64,000 nt of DNA. Source: a virus (taxonomy: Duplodnaviria; Caudoviricetes). A program made the position numbers and the translations under genes. Shown in pieces: positions 28,245 to 38,148 of this stretch; position 1 is the first letter of the stretch, and each line of letters starts with the position of its first letter. Below the pieces are notes generated by a model. It saw nothing but the letters and a program-made list of their open reading frames with translations, was not told where the DNA came from and made no database searches. The stretch spans positions 6,730 to 70,729 of the IMG/VR virus record IMGVR_UViG_3300032269_000764. One strand, written 5' to 3'.

Positions 28245-28957
28245 GTTCTTTTTTACCAATTTCTTCAAAAAATTATTTACTCGAAACTCTTTCATCAACA
28301 GAGAGGTCGAGAAATATAGAATTTTTGAAAGAAATTGCAAAATCTCCATCTTTAAAATTATCTGATCCTCAGGGTACAACAAAATCAATGGGTTCTGGGA
28401 TGGGAACCGGAGCACCAAAAGGTAAAAAAGAAGAAGATATAGAAAAAAATCAAAATGCAGACAATGTTCTGTTTGGAGATACCGAGAAAGATGATTGGGG
28501 ATTGGGGCATGCTGCAGGTGCATATGCAATAGGAAAAATTGCAGGTGGTCTTGCCGATACAATTGATGCTTCGGGAGCACAAAAATTTGGTGATATGGTT
28601 GGACTTGGTAAATTTATGTCAAAAAATCCTTCGGGATTCTTTGGAGATGTTGTGGGTGGAATAGCCAAAGGTGCAGTAAGTGCAGTCCCCGGAGTAACTT
28701 CGAAACTCTTAAGGCAAGTTGCAGATATTAGCGGTGCCAATTGGTTTGATGCAAATATTGGAAATATAGGACAAAGCCAAATGCAATTGGCTGCACAAGG
28801 AGCGGGCAAACCTTGGACACCTCTTGTAGTTCCAAAACAGGCTGCAAATAAAGTAACTCCATATGATCCAAATTATCAGCAAAACAAATATATGGGTGCA
28901 GCAGAAAAAGCAGAAAAAATAACAAAATTAAGAAAAAAAGGTTATAATATTCCTTAA
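28241..28957 (+). CDS. Gly/Ala-rich hypothetical protein (238 aa) in the head operon
   Basis: Overlaps the gp21 stop; amphipathic G/A-rich segments. Confidence 0.65.
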   Translation: MSSFLPISSKNYLLETLSSTERSRNIEFLKEIAKSPSLKLSDPQGTTKSMGSGMGTGAPKGKKEEDIEKNQNADNVLFGDTEKDDWGLGHAAGAYAIGKIAGGLADTIDASGAQKFGDMVGLGKFMSKNPSGFFGDVVGGIAKGAVSAVPGVTSKLLRQVADISGANWFDANIGNIGQSQMQLAAQGAGKPWTPLVVPKQAANKVTPYDPNYQQNKYMGAAEKAEKITKLRKKGYNIP

Positions 28958-28968
28958 TTTTAAAAACT

Positions 28969-28976
28969 ACTAAATA
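28969..28976 (+). promoter_or_regulatory. late promoter ACTAAATA
   Basis: Upstream of gp22. Confidence 0.6.
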
Positions 28977-28997
28977 TTTTACAAGGATTCCTTTACT

Positions 28998-30068
28998 ATG
29001 AAAAATAAAAGAAAGAACAATATTTCAGAAGCAACCGCTGAGGCTATGGGTCTTGGTGGTTATGCACAATCCGCAGGACACTCAGATTATGATCAATCTG
29101 GTCGCGGCTCAGTTATTCCATCCCCATCCAATACTACTGCAGTTCCAATTGTAGCAGCATCCATGTCTGCACAAGGCATGCCCGTTGTTACAAGAACTGC
29201 TCCGGGTACTCACGCAACCAAAGCATATCAAGATATCAGTGAACCCCACGACGGTGAAGAAACTGCAACAAGATCTAATACACAGGAAGGTGAAGATTCA
29301 GAAGAAGAAATGCTCGAACACGAAGAAGAAATGCACGAAGAAGCAAAGATTGAATTCCGCAACGCTTTAATTTCTCTTCTTGGAGAAAATGTAGACGCTT
29401 CTCTGGTCAATAAACTCGAAGCTATCTTTGAGGCCGCTGTTTCTGATCGTGTAGAAAAAGTCGTTTCACAAATCGTTGAAAACGTTGACGGAAACGTAAA
29501 GACTTATCTTGACGACATCACCGAATCTTTGGTTGGAAAGGTCGATGATTATCTAGATTACGTTGTAGAAGAATGGATGACTGATAATTCAGTAGCCATC
29601 GAACAAGGTATCAAGACCCAAATTGCTGAAAACTTCATCAGCGGTCTAAAGAACCTTTTTGAAAATCACTACATCGACGTTCCTGCCGAGAAGTACAATG
29701 TTCTTGACGAACTTTATGCTTCAAACAGAGAACTAGAAGAAAAACTAAATGAGGCTTATAATTACAACATCAACCTCCGCAAGGAAGTTTCTCTAACTGA
29801 ATGTGCTGGAATCTTTGTTGCAGAAACAAAGGATCTTGCTGATACTCAAGTTGCAAAACTTCAAGGTTTGATGGAAAACGTTTCCTTTGAAAGCCCAGAA
29901 GAATACCGCGAAAAGCTCGTTGCAATTCGTGAAAATTACTTGAACACACGTCCTGCTCCTGCTCGCACAATCGAGCCAGAACAAACGTTTGCTCCAGTTA
30001 GAACTGCATCAACAAACCTCGTAGAAAACTACGTTGGTGCACTCGGAAGACTTAACAAGAAACTCTAA
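28998..30068 (+). CDS. gp22: prohead scaffold/core protein gp22
   Basis: IFEAAV..RV, KVDDYLDYVVEEWM.DN.VAIE.GIK..IAE.F..GLK.LF..HYIDVP.EK.NVL. Confidence 0.95.
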   Translation: MKNKRKNNISEATAEAMGLGGYAQSAGHSDYDQSGRGSVIPSPSNTTAVPIVAASMSAQGMPVVTRTAPGTHATKAYQDISEPHDGEETATRSNTQEGEDSEEEMLEHEEEMHEEAKIEFRNALISLLGENVDASLVNKLEAIFEAAVSDRVEKVVSQIVENVDGNVKTYLDDITESLVGKVDDYLDYVVEEWMTDNSVAIEQGIKTQIAENFISGLKNLFENHYIDVPAEKYNVLDELYASNRELEEKLNEAYNYNINLRKEVSLTECAGIFVAETKDLADTQVAKLQGLMENVSFESPEEYREKLVAIRENYLNTRPAPARTIEPEQTFAPVRTASTNLVENYVGALGRLNKKL

Positions 30069-30079
30069 AATTTTACTTT

Positions 30080-30087
30080 ACTAAATA
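30080..30087 (+). promoter_or_regulatory. late promoter ACTAAATA
   Basis: Upstream of gp23, followed by an AGGAGA RBS. Confidence 0.7.
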
Positions 30088-30116
30088 ATTTTACTCACTA
30101 GGAGATAATAACTACA

Positions 30117-31610
30117 ATGAATTTTCAAGAAAATACACCATATGACGTTTTGACTGAAAAGTGGAATCCCGTACTAGAACACGAGGCTCTTCCAACCATT
30201 CAAGACGAATACCGTAAGAAGGTCACCGCCGTTCTTCTCGAAAACCAAGAACAAGCCCTTCGTCAACAACATCTAACCGAAGATATGAGCCAAGGAACTT
30301 TCTCTGGTGGCTCTAACTTTGGTGGTCCAGCCACTTCTACTGGTTACAACGTTGGTGCAGTATCTGGTTATGATCCAGTTCTCATCTCGTTGATCCGTCG
30401 TTCCATGCCAAACTTGATGGCTTATGACATCTGCGGCGTTCAGCCAATGACCGCGCCAACAGGTTTGATCTTTGCCATGCGTGCAAATTACCAATACGCT
30501 GGTACAGGCAAAACCTACGGTCAACCCGGTTATGTCGAAGCCATGTTCCAAGAACCACAACCATCTTACGGTGGTTCAGGATGGACTTTGGATTCAACCT
30601 TTGCTGCATCTAAGGGTGTATCTGCTGGTTGGAATATTGGTAACGGTTTAACCAGCTGGTATAATATTGGTAGTAGCGCCATAGCAAATCTACGTGGATT
30701 GTTAACAAACAACGGTGAAGGTATCGGAAGCAATCCTACTGGAACTAGCGGTGGTTACGTTACTCCAGGAACTGCTCAATATGGTACTTGGAACCAAATG
30801 GCGTTCTCAATCGACCGTGTTGCTGTTGCAGCCCGTACACGCGCTCTAAGCAGCAACTATACTGTTGAATTGGCCCAAGACCTTAAGGCTGTTCACGGTC
30901 TCGACGCCGAAGCAGAATTAGCTAACCTACTCAGCACAGAAATTCTTGCCGAAATCAATCGCGAAATCGTCAAGACCATTTACTATGTTGCTAAGACTGG
31001 TTCACAACAATCTGATCTTCAATATACAAATATTGGAAGCAAACCAGGTGGTGTATACAACATGGATACCGATGCAGATGGTCGTTGGTCTGCTGAACGT
31101 TTCCGTGGCCTCAGTTTCCAAATTGAACGCGAATGCAACTATATTGCCAAGGAAACCCGTCGTGGTAAGGGTAACTTTGTAATCTGCGATAGCGATACCG
31201 CAGCCGCCCTAGCCATGTCAGGATTCATGAGCCTCAGCCCAGCAATTGCTCCTCAACTAAATGTTGATGACACTCAAAGCACCTTTGCTGGTATCTTGAG
31301 TGGTAAGATTAAGGTTTATATCGATCCATATAGCCCCGCAGGTGTAAACTTCTTCTGCGTTGGTTATAAGGGAGACTCACCTTATGATGCTGGTCTGTTC
31401 TACTGCCCATACGTTCCGCTACAAATGGTACGTGCAGTTGATCCTGCTACTTTCCAACCACGTATTGCATTTAAGACTCGTTATGGTGTAGTTTCCAATC
31501 CATATGTTCTTAATAGCAACAACGTCCCAGACCAAGATACACTAGCTCAAGGTCTAAACCAATACTACCGTATCACAGCAATCAAGAGCTTGCACGGTAA
31601 CTCCTACTAA
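30117..31610 (+). CDS. gp23: major capsid protein gp23
   Basis: KWNPVL, DPVLISLIRR.MPNLMAYDICGVQPMT.PTGLIFAMR, YTVELAQDLKAVHGLDAEAEL, FYCPYVPLQMVR, FQPRIAFKTRYG. Confidence 0.99.
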   Translation: MNFQENTPYDVLTEKWNPVLEHEALPTIQDEYRKKVTAVLLENQEQALRQQHLTEDMSQGTFSGGSNFGGPATSTGYNVGAVSGYDPVLISLIRRSMPNLMAYDICGVQPMTAPTGLIFAMRANYQYAGTGKTYGQPGYVEAMFQEPQPSYGGSGWTLDSTFAASKGVSAGWNIGNGLTSWYNIGSSAIANLRGLLTNNGEGIGSNPTGTSGGYVTPGTAQYGTWNQMAFSIDRVAVAARTRALSSNYTVELAQDLKAVHGLDAEAELANLLSTEILAEINREIVKTIYYVAKTGSQQSDLQYTNIGSKPGGVYNMDTDADGRWSAERFRGLSFQIERECNYIAKETRRGKGNFVICDSDTAAALAMSGFMSLSPAIAPQLNVDDTQSTFAGILSGKIKVYIDPYSPAGVNFFCVGYKGDSPYDAGLFYCPYVPLQMVRAVDPATFQPRIAFKTRYGVVSNPYVLNSNNVPDQDTLAQGLNQYYRITAIKSLHGNSY

Positions 31611-31638
31611 TCCAGTAGCATAGGTTAAATAACACTTC

Positions 31639-31669
31639 AAAGTCCTCCCCAGAAATGGGGAGGACTTTT
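31639..31669 (+). terminator. intrinsic terminator after gp23
   Basis: AAAGTCCTCCCCA-GAAA-TGGGGAGGACTTTT. Confidence 0.9.
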
Positions 31670-31676
31670 GCTTTGG

Positions 31677-31684
31677 GATAAATA
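31677..31684 (+). promoter_or_regulatory. late promoter GATAAATA
   Basis: 5 nt before the gp3 ATG, just past the terminator. Confidence 0.65.
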
Positions 31685-31689
31685 ATTTT

Positions 31690-32214
31690 ATGAGTTGTAA
31701 CAATAATATCAATCCACTTTATAATAGTTACTTTACCTTGACTTTTGGTAGAGGTACTACGCAATTTGAATTGAACTGCCAAAAAGCAAATTTGCCCGGT
31801 TGCAGCATTCCAGATAGCGCACAACCTACAATTTTTGGTACTACAGTGCCAATCCCAACATTACAGTTCAATTATGAACCTCTGAGCGTTGAATTTATAG
31901 TGGATTCCGAACTAAGTAACTGGAAAAGCATCTACTCTTGGATGAGAAACATGGCAAATATTATTGACGACAATAGCAATAATTTGGAATACCAAAATTG
32001 GCATTGGAATGCAAGTCTCGGAATATATGATCCTGTTACGAGATGCATAAAAACGACAATAAATTTCAAATATATCATCCCAATACAATTGGGTGGAATT
32101 ATGTTCCAGACCGATAGTTCCGATGCCATAATACAAAAAACATCTTGCAAATTTAAATATTCATATTATGAAATTTGCCCAGATGCACCAGATGTTCTTT
32201 TGGGAACGATTTAA
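31690..32214 (+). CDS. gp3: tail tube terminator/completion protein gp3-like
   Basis: NPL..SYF.LTF, CQKANLPG, YEPLSVEFIVD.EL.NW.SIY.WM, F.YSYYEI. Confidence 0.85.
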   Translation: MSCNNNINPLYNSYFTLTFGRGTTQFELNCQKANLPGCSIPDSAQPTIFGTTVPIPTLQFNYEPLSVEFIVDSELSNWKSIYSWMRNMANIIDDNSNNLEYQNWHWNASLGIYDPVTRCIKTTINFKYIIPIQLGGIMFQTDSSDAIIQKTSCKFKYSYYEICPDAPDVLLGTI

Positions 32215-32897
32215 ATATAATCTTCTGGATTATCAGACCAACCTTCGGCTGAATTTGGGTTCCCCTCTGGATTAAAAGGTATATCCTTGGTCTCAGGATT
32301 CATTCTGCTGCGTTTCTTGCGTTTGGATGGCTTGGGAGCCTCCTCTGGAACCGGATCAATTATAGGGGATTCTAGAAATAAATTTGTTTCAGTTTCTTCT
32401 TCTTCACCAAGATCCTCTTCATCCAAATCAGCCATTATATCAACGCCTTCAAAATTATCAATCAAATCATTTACAAAATTTACAAAATCTTCATTATTGA
32501 ACAGTTCATTCAACATTTGAAGACCTGCCTGTGGGCCAGTGAAAATTTCATCTTCGCTATTTGAAATAATAGAATTGGGATCTTTTTGCATGGCCAAAAA
32601 GAAGGCTTCATACATTTTGTTTAGTTCTGGAATAGGAAGAGCCATATACATGACTGCATTTCTATTGATTGTTATTTCATAATTTGCAACATTAATTGCA
32701 TAATTGGTTAGTTTAATATATTCAATTATAGTGTTGTCTTTGTCTCTTGAAAGAGCCGTTTCAAGTTTAGCTGGCATAGTTAAGACAATTCTATCCACAG
32801 TTGCATCACGAACTATTCCAAGTAGTTCGTCGCCATTCATAAGTTTAACAACTCTTACTATCCCATCGAAATGGGGACCGGGTACTAAGTCAGACAT
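32211..32897 (-). CDS. conserved T4-like protein with N-terminal Sm-like fold and acidic tail (putative)
   Basis: VRVVKLMNGDELLG; usual neighbour of uvsW; late box GATAAATA at 32914-32921 on the minus strand. Confidence 0.6.
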   Translation of the reverse strand: MSDLVPGPHFDGIVRVVKLMNGDELLGIVRDATVDRIVLTMPAKLETALSRDKDNTIIEYIKLTNYAINVANYEITINRNAVMYMALPIPELNKMYEAFFLAMQKDPNSIISNSEDEIFTGPQAGLQMLNELFNNEDFVNFVNDLIDNFEGVDIMADLDEEDLGEEEETETNLFLESPIIDPVPEEAPKPSKRKKRSRMNPETKDIPFNPEGNPNSAEGWSDNPEDYI

Positions 32898-32912
32898 AGC
32901 AGCCCTCCTAAT

Positions 32913-34421
32913 CTATTTATCTTCGGAAGGTTGCTCAAAAGACATGCTGACTATTTTATAGTCAAACTTTTCTTTTTTGTATATTTTTAATCGCTCTTCA
33001 AAGTGTCTATATACATGATTCTTATATGACTTGTAGCAAAGATCATCTACAATATCAAAAACTTTCAATGTTTTCTTTTTTGAAGATACACGAAGTCCAC
33101 GACCAATACTTTGAAGAAGACGAATTATAGATTTAGTAGGAGAAGCGAATATAATATTATCGATGTTAACAATGTTAATGCCAGTGCTAGTGGTGCCAAA
33201 ACTTGCCACAAGAATTGCGTTACTTTCTTTGTCCACAACCTTGCGTATTCGTTCTCTTGTATCAGCCTCTGTTTTTCCAGAGATAAAATATACCGGTCTA
33301 TCGCCTCTTGATGTCTGTATGACATCGTGGAGTGGCTTGCCATGGATCTCAACGTAGTTGAAGAGAATGAGCGTATTGCCTTTTGTTGAGATGGCGAGGT
33401 TTTTGATGAATTCGTTTCTTTTTTCATTTGCAACGATCCATTTCAATTCATCGGGGTATCTTTGTTTATTTAGTGATTGCTTTTCTTCTTCTGAGTATTT
33501 AAGTAGTATGCAATCAATACCAAGCGTTGCAAGCAAACCTTTATTCATTAGGTTTTTTGTTTGTATGAACTGAACTGCCGGCCCAAGAATGCCTTCAATG
33601 CTCAAACGATGTGCTTGTGCCTGATCCAACGTTCCTGTTGTACCGATTCTGAACCATGCTTTAGTCATCTTTTGGCCAATCAGATTTATTGATTCGGCTT
33701 TTGCTTGATGGCATTCATCAAAGATAACTGCATCAAACTGATCAAACCATACTCTTGGCAGTTTATAAATTGATTGCCAAGTAGAAACTATTATTTGTTT
33801 ATTGGTATCTTTATCGGCTCCGGCACTAATCTTATGAACATATTTTTTGCATGACCATGATGTATCTGCTTTTGAGTAATCAAAAAAATCAGAGTCCATC
33901 TGATTTACTAAGCCAACCGTGGGAACCAATATCAATATTTTTCTGTCTGACTTTAACACGGATTGGAGAAAGCGGAGCAAGACGTATATTATCAAACTTT
34001 TTCCAGAGCCTGTCGGAGATATGATTACACACCTTTGATTGTTTATAGCGTGTACGATTGCCTGAGATTGGTGAGGGTGCATATCCACGGCCTGCTTCTT
34101 GACCGATACCTTCAAAGTTTTGTAGTATTCCTGAAGTTGTTCCGGGGTTATACATAACTTTTTCTCGCTTTCTTTTATAGATATACTGTATTTGCGGTCG
34201 TCTGCAAATTTTTGAAGATATGTTTTTAATCCACGTGGTAGGGTAGATGATAGAATGTCAAACAGACGAATTTTACCGTCCCAAATACGCCGTTTGAACA
34301 TGGGCATATATTGGGCACCGGGTACCATGAACGAGAAATAATCTCGTAATTCTTGCTTGATTCCTTTTTCTGCTTTGATGTAGTAACGAACTTCATCTAC
34401 AGATTCAACGTCTATATCCAC
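32913..34421 (-). CDS. uvsW: DNA helicase UvsW
   Basis: SPTGSGKS, DECH, GTTGTL, LQSIGRGLR; GTG start. Confidence 0.97.
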   Translation of the reverse strand: MDIDVESVDEVRYYIKAEKGIKQELRDYFSFMVPGAQYMPMFKRRIWDGKIRLFDILSSTLPRGLKTYLQKFADDRKYSISIKESEKKLCITPEQLQEYYKTLKVSVKKQAVDMHPHQSQAIVHAINNQRCVIISPTGSGKSLIIYVLLRFLQSVLKSDRKILILVPTVGLVNQMDSDFFDYSKADTSWSCKKYVHKISAGADKDTNKQIIVSTWQSIYKLPRVWFDQFDAVIFDECHQAKAESINLIGQKMTKAWFRIGTTGTLDQAQAHRLSIEGILGPAVQFIQTKNLMNKGLLATLGIDCILLKYSEEEKQSLNKQRYPDELKWIVANEKRNEFIKNLAISTKGNTLILFNYVEIHGKPLHDVIQTSRGDRPVYFISGKTEADTRERIRKVVDKESNAILVASFGTTSTGINIVNIDNIIFASPTKSIIRLLQSIGRGLRVSSKKKTLKVFDIVDDLCYKSYKNHVYRHFEERLKIYKKEKFDYKIVSMSFEQPSEDK

Positions 34422-34425
34422 CTAA

Positions 34426-34433
34426 TATTTAGA
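34426..34433 (-). promoter_or_regulatory. late promoter TCTAAATA
   Basis: 4 nt before the GTG of uvsW. Confidence 0.55.
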
Positions 34434-34436
34434 TGG

Positions 34437-34874
34437 TCAGACAATACCCTGACTCATCTTGAACCAGTCAATAGCAGATTTGATGATAAAATTTCTGTTA
34501 TTCAAAGCCTTGATAAATTCTTCTACCATTTTAAGTTTGGTCTCGTTCAGAAGAATTTTAGATTTAAGTTCGATGATCTTAGGATCAGCCTCTATGAACT
34601 TTTCTACATCAGTTTTAAGCAAAGTATAATCAGAAGCCTCTTCACCCCATGCTTCCAATTCTTCTTGGCTGGCTTTGCCTGTATAGATCTTCCACATACG
34701 AAGTTTCATGATAGCCAAATCATTTTGTTGCTTACCTAGCATCAATTTGATATCAGCAAGGATGTTCAAATACTTACCATGCAGTTGAGGAGTTTTGGTG
34801 GCTTCTTTGCCCAATTCAGTATCATCTACTTGAGAATCTTTGGTAATATGGTTTTTTAGATCTTCTAGATTCAT
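34437..34874 (-). CDS. uvsY: recombination mediator UvsY
   Basis: KDSQVDDTEL..EA.KTPQLHGKYL, Y.GKA, IKALNNRNF.IK.AIDW.K; start moved to ATG 34874. Confidence 0.92.
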   Translation of the reverse strand: MNLEDLKNHITKDSQVDDTELGKEATKTPQLHGKYLNILADIKLMLGKQQNDLAIMKLRMWKIYTGKASQEELEAWGEEASDYTLLKTDVEKFIEADPKIIELKSKILLNETKLKMVEEFIKALNNRNFIIKSAIDWFKMSQGIV

Positions 34875-34882
34875 TTGTTTGG

Positions 34883-34910
34883 AGTATAGAATAATGTGAA
34901 AAAAAGTCAA
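34883..34910 (-). promoter_or_regulatory. sigma70-like promoter TTGACT-N16-TATACT for uvsY
   Basis: Read on the minus strand; -10 ends 8 nt before the ATG. Confidence 0.6.
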
Positions 34911-34947
34911 CTAAATAACTTGACTATTATATTATTTCATTTATATT
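34910..34947 (+). promoter_or_regulatory. dual promoter for the glycan island: late box ACTAAATA (34910-34917) and TTGACT-N16-TATATT (34920-34947)
   Basis: Both motifs read directly upstream of ATG 34962. Confidence 0.55.
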
Positions 34948-34961
34948 CTCTGTGAGACTTT

Positions 34962-35576
34962 ATGATTCCAAAAATTATTCACCAAATTTGGCTTGGCGAT
35001 CAATCTAAACGTCCAAATAAATTTATACAAACTTGGATTGATAAAAATCCAAGTTGGCAACATAAATTATGGACAGATGAGAATTTACCAAATTTAATTT
35101 GTAAAAAACAATTTGATGAATGTCCATCTTTAGCTGGAAAAGCAGATATTTTACGCTACCAACTTCTTTATGAAGAAGGTGGTTTTTTTATTGATGCAGA
35201 TTCAGAATGTGCAAATTCCTTGGATGATTGTTTAGTAAACAATCATTGTTTTTGTTGTTGGGAAAATGAAACTGTACGAAGAGGTCTTATGGCTAATGGT
35301 TACTTGGCTTCCGAAAAAGGATGTGAGCTTATGAAGAGTATTATGGATAGAATAAGCCAATATCCACATATGAATTATCCAGCATTGGCTACATGGGAAG
35401 TCACTGGTCCACTTCTTCTCACTGATACTGCTTATAAAACAAAATATCCTATAACTGTATATCCGAGTTGGTATTTTATACCTAAACACTATTCTGGTAT
35501 AGAATATAAAGGAACTGGTAAAATTTACGCAAAACAATATTGGGGAACCACACCAAACAGTGGTTATGATTACTGA
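34962..35576 (+). CDS. glycosyltransferase, GT32/OCH1-like (DxD)
   Basis: MIPKIIHQIWLG, GKADILRY.LL..EGGFFIDAD, TGP.LLT. Confidence 0.9.
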   Translation: MIPKIIHQIWLGDQSKRPNKFIQTWIDKNPSWQHKLWTDENLPNLICKKQFDECPSLAGKADILRYQLLYEEGGFFIDADSECANSLDDCLVNNHCFCCWENETVRRGLMANGYLASEKGCELMKSIMDRISQYPHMNYPALATWEVTGPLLLTDTAYKTKYPITVYPSWYFIPKHYSGIEYKGTGKIYAKQYWGTTPNSGYDY

Positions 35577-36331
35577 TGGAAACAATTTCTGTTATTTTAA
35601 ATTCTTATAAACGAACTCGTTGGTTTTCTGAACAATTAGATGCGATTAAATCGCAGTCAGTGCAACCAAATGAAATTTTTGTTTGGCAAAATAAATCGGA
35701 TGCTCCTTTAATTGATCAAAAATTAAAAGATGAAGTAATTTTTGTAGATTGTAATAAAAATTTAGGAGTATGGGCAAGATTTAGTCTTGCTCTAAATTGT
35801 CGTTCTGATTATATTGCTATATTTGACGATGATACTATTCCGGGGAAAAATTGGTTACAAAACTGTGTTGATACATATAAAACAAATCCCGGTCTACTTG
35901 GAACAGTTGGCGTAGTATTTGGTGACAAATATTATAGTTGGAATAAACTTCATAGAATTGGTTGGTGTGATCCAAATGAAAAAACGACACAGGTTGATAT
36001 AGTAGGACATTGTTGGTTTTTTCATAGAGATTTGTTGCCAATTTTTTGGAGAGAACTACCTACTCAAAATTATTTACCAATTGTTGGAGAAGATATACAT
36101 TTTGCCAAAATGATTCAAAAATATACTGATTATCATGTATGGGTTCCACCACATCCAAAAGATAAATTAGATCTATGGGGTAGCATAAAAGGAGAACCAT
36201 ATGGTACAAGTAATGAAGGTATTTCAATGAATTTGTATCAATTAGGACCAATGCAAGTATCGGCTGGACAAATGATGGGGATGGAATTATCTAAAGCTGT
36301 TGATAATGGATTTAAATTATTACAAGGTTAA
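35576..36331 (+). CDS. glycosyltransferase, GT2-like (GT-A)
   Basis: ISVILNSYKR, IAIFDDDTIPG, VDIVGHCWFF, GEDIHF. Confidence 0.8.
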   Translation: METISVILNSYKRTRWFSEQLDAIKSQSVQPNEIFVWQNKSDAPLIDQKLKDEVIFVDCNKNLGVWARFSLALNCRSDYIAIFDDDTIPGKNWLQNCVDTYKTNPGLLGTVGVVFGDKYYSWNKLHRIGWCDPNEKTTQVDIVGHCWFFHRDLLPIFWRELPTQNYLPIVGEDIHFAKMIQKYTDYHVWVPPHPKDKLDLWGSIKGEPYGTSNEGISMNLYQLGPMQVSAGQMMGMELSKAVDNGFKLLQG

Positions 36332-36334
36332 TTG

Positions 36335-37333
36335 ATGATATCAATATTTTATGGAACACGTCCAGAGTATATAAAATTACATCTTTTATATACAAAACTC
36401 AAAAAACAAAATTTTAATGTAGAGTTAGTAAAAGTAAATCAACACACTTCATTAATAAATTCTTGTAATTTTGATCGAGAAATAATAATTAATGAAACCG
36501 GCAACCGATTAAATAATATTGTTAAATCGTGTTTAAATGATGTTTTTAACCAAACTACTTTATCAATAGTGCAAGGAGATACGGCTACAGCTTTTGCTAT
36601 AGCTTTAAATTCATTTCACTCTAATATTCCTGTTGCCCACATTGAAGCCGGGTTGAGAACATATGATAAACATAATCCATTTCCCGAAGAAACATATAGA
36701 CGGTGTATCAGTTCAATTGCGGATAGTCATTTTTGTGTTACAGATTTAAATGTTAAAAATTTAAAACAAGAAGGCATTGAAAAAAATGTTTTTGCAGTTG
36801 GAAATACTGTATTAGATAATTTAGATAAAAATGATACAGAGTATGGCAATAATGTTTTATGTACTTTACATAGAAGAGAAAATCAAATAGGATTATTAAA
36901 TTGGTTAGAAGAAATTAATAAATTTGGAAAACAAAATAATAATTTAAAAGTTATTTTTATTGTACATCCTAATTCTAAAAATAAAATTAATAAAGAAAAC
37001 TATAACTATATTAATTTTATTGACCCATTACACTATAATGAATTAATAAAAATTCTTAAAAAAACTAAATTTGTTATTACAGATAGTGGTGGGCTTCAAG
37101 AAGAAGCTTCTTTTTTTAATAAAAAAGTAGTAATATGCAGAAAAACAACTGAACGACCAGAAGGATTAGGTTTATTTGGTTTTTTGTGCTCAGAATTTAG
37201 TAATCTTTTAAATATTTTAAATGAAATAAATTTAAATTACGAAGTAAATGGTACATGTCCATATGGAGATGGTCATGCTACTGATCGTATCATTGCACAT
37301 ATTAGCCAATTATATTTTAAGGAAATATTATGA
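36335..37333 (+). CDS. wecB: UDP-N-acetylglucosamine 2-epimerase
   Basis: GTRPE, QGDT.TA, VAHIEAGLRT, PFPEE, GNTVLD, TLHRREN, TDSGGLQEEA, TERPEG, YGDGHA. Confidence 0.95.
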   Translation: MISIFYGTRPEYIKLHLLYTKLKKQNFNVELVKVNQHTSLINSCNFDREIIINETGNRLNNIVKSCLNDVFNQTTLSIVQGDTATAFAIALNSFHSNIPVAHIEAGLRTYDKHNPFPEETYRRCISSIADSHFCVTDLNVKNLKQEGIEKNVFAVGNTVLDNLDKNDTEYGNNVLCTLHRRENQIGLLNWLEEINKFGKQNNNLKVIFIVHPNSKNKINKENYNYINFIDPLHYNELIKILKKTKFVITDSGGLQEEASFFNKKVVICRKTTERPEGLGLFGFLCSEFSNLLNILNEINLNYEVNGTCPYGDGHATDRIIAHISQLYFKEIL

Positions 37334-38130
37334 AAGATTTTACACAAGAACTTGATAAATTTGTAAAATTGTTAAAAGATAAAACAAACTTTGCATTTAC
37401 TAGATTTTCTGATGGAGAACTACATATGCTCCAAGGAAAACCTTTTTTTATAAAAAATAATTTAACTCTATCAAATGGAAATCTTTGTTCTGGATATTGG
37501 GGAGATGAAGAGTTAAAAACATTTGATCCAATTCAAGATAAAAAATGCCAAGATAAGCTTATTGAAGCGTTTAAACACAGACAATACAATTATTATAAAG
37601 GTATATGTTGCAAATGTTGTGTAGGTGAAAAAGATTGGAAATGGCAATTTGATGCCCTCTTAGAAGAAAATTTAAATGATGAATTTTTAACATGGTCTAA
37701 TCTTTGTATGAATTCAAATTATAAAAAATATATGCAAGATATTGTACCACATTTTTCTAATAGTCCTATTGTTATTGTTTGTAATGAAAAATCAGACATA
37801 AGCGGTTTGCCATTTTATAAAAATATAGTAAAATGGTTTCCAATTGGAAATAATTGTCATTCACAAAATTTTGATTTAATAGATTTGATGAAAGAATGGA
37901 CTAAAAACAATAATATTAAAAACCATATATTTCTTTTTAGTGCAGCTAGTTTGAGTAATTATTTAATTTATGAATTATATAAAGAAAATCCAGAAAATAC
38001 ATATTTTGATATTGGTAGCACATTAAATCCAATGATGAATTTAAATGGATGGATCGGCAGCAGAGCATATTTAATGGATTATTGGAAAGGTCTTCCAAAT
38101 CATTATTCTATGAAAAAATGTATATGGTAA
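37330..38130 (+). CDS. GT-D-fold (DUF1792-like) protein, putative glycosyltransferase
   Basis: FAFTRFSDGE near the N-terminus; LFSAAS...DIGS.LNP near the C-terminus. Confidence 0.55.
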   Translation: MKDFTQELDKFVKLLKDKTNFAFTRFSDGELHMLQGKPFFIKNNLTLSNGNLCSGYWGDEELKTFDPIQDKKCQDKLIEAFKHRQYNYYKGICCKCCVGEKDWKWQFDALLEENLNDEFLTWSNLCMNSNYKKYMQDIVPHFSNSPIVIVCNEKSDISGLPFYKNIVKWFPIGNNCHSQNFDLIDLMKEWTKNNNIKNHIFLFSAASLSNYLIYELYKENPENTYFDIGSTLNPMMNLNGWIGSRAYLMDYWKGLPNHYSMKKCIW

Positions 38131-38148
38131 AAATAAAAAAGGTTTAAA

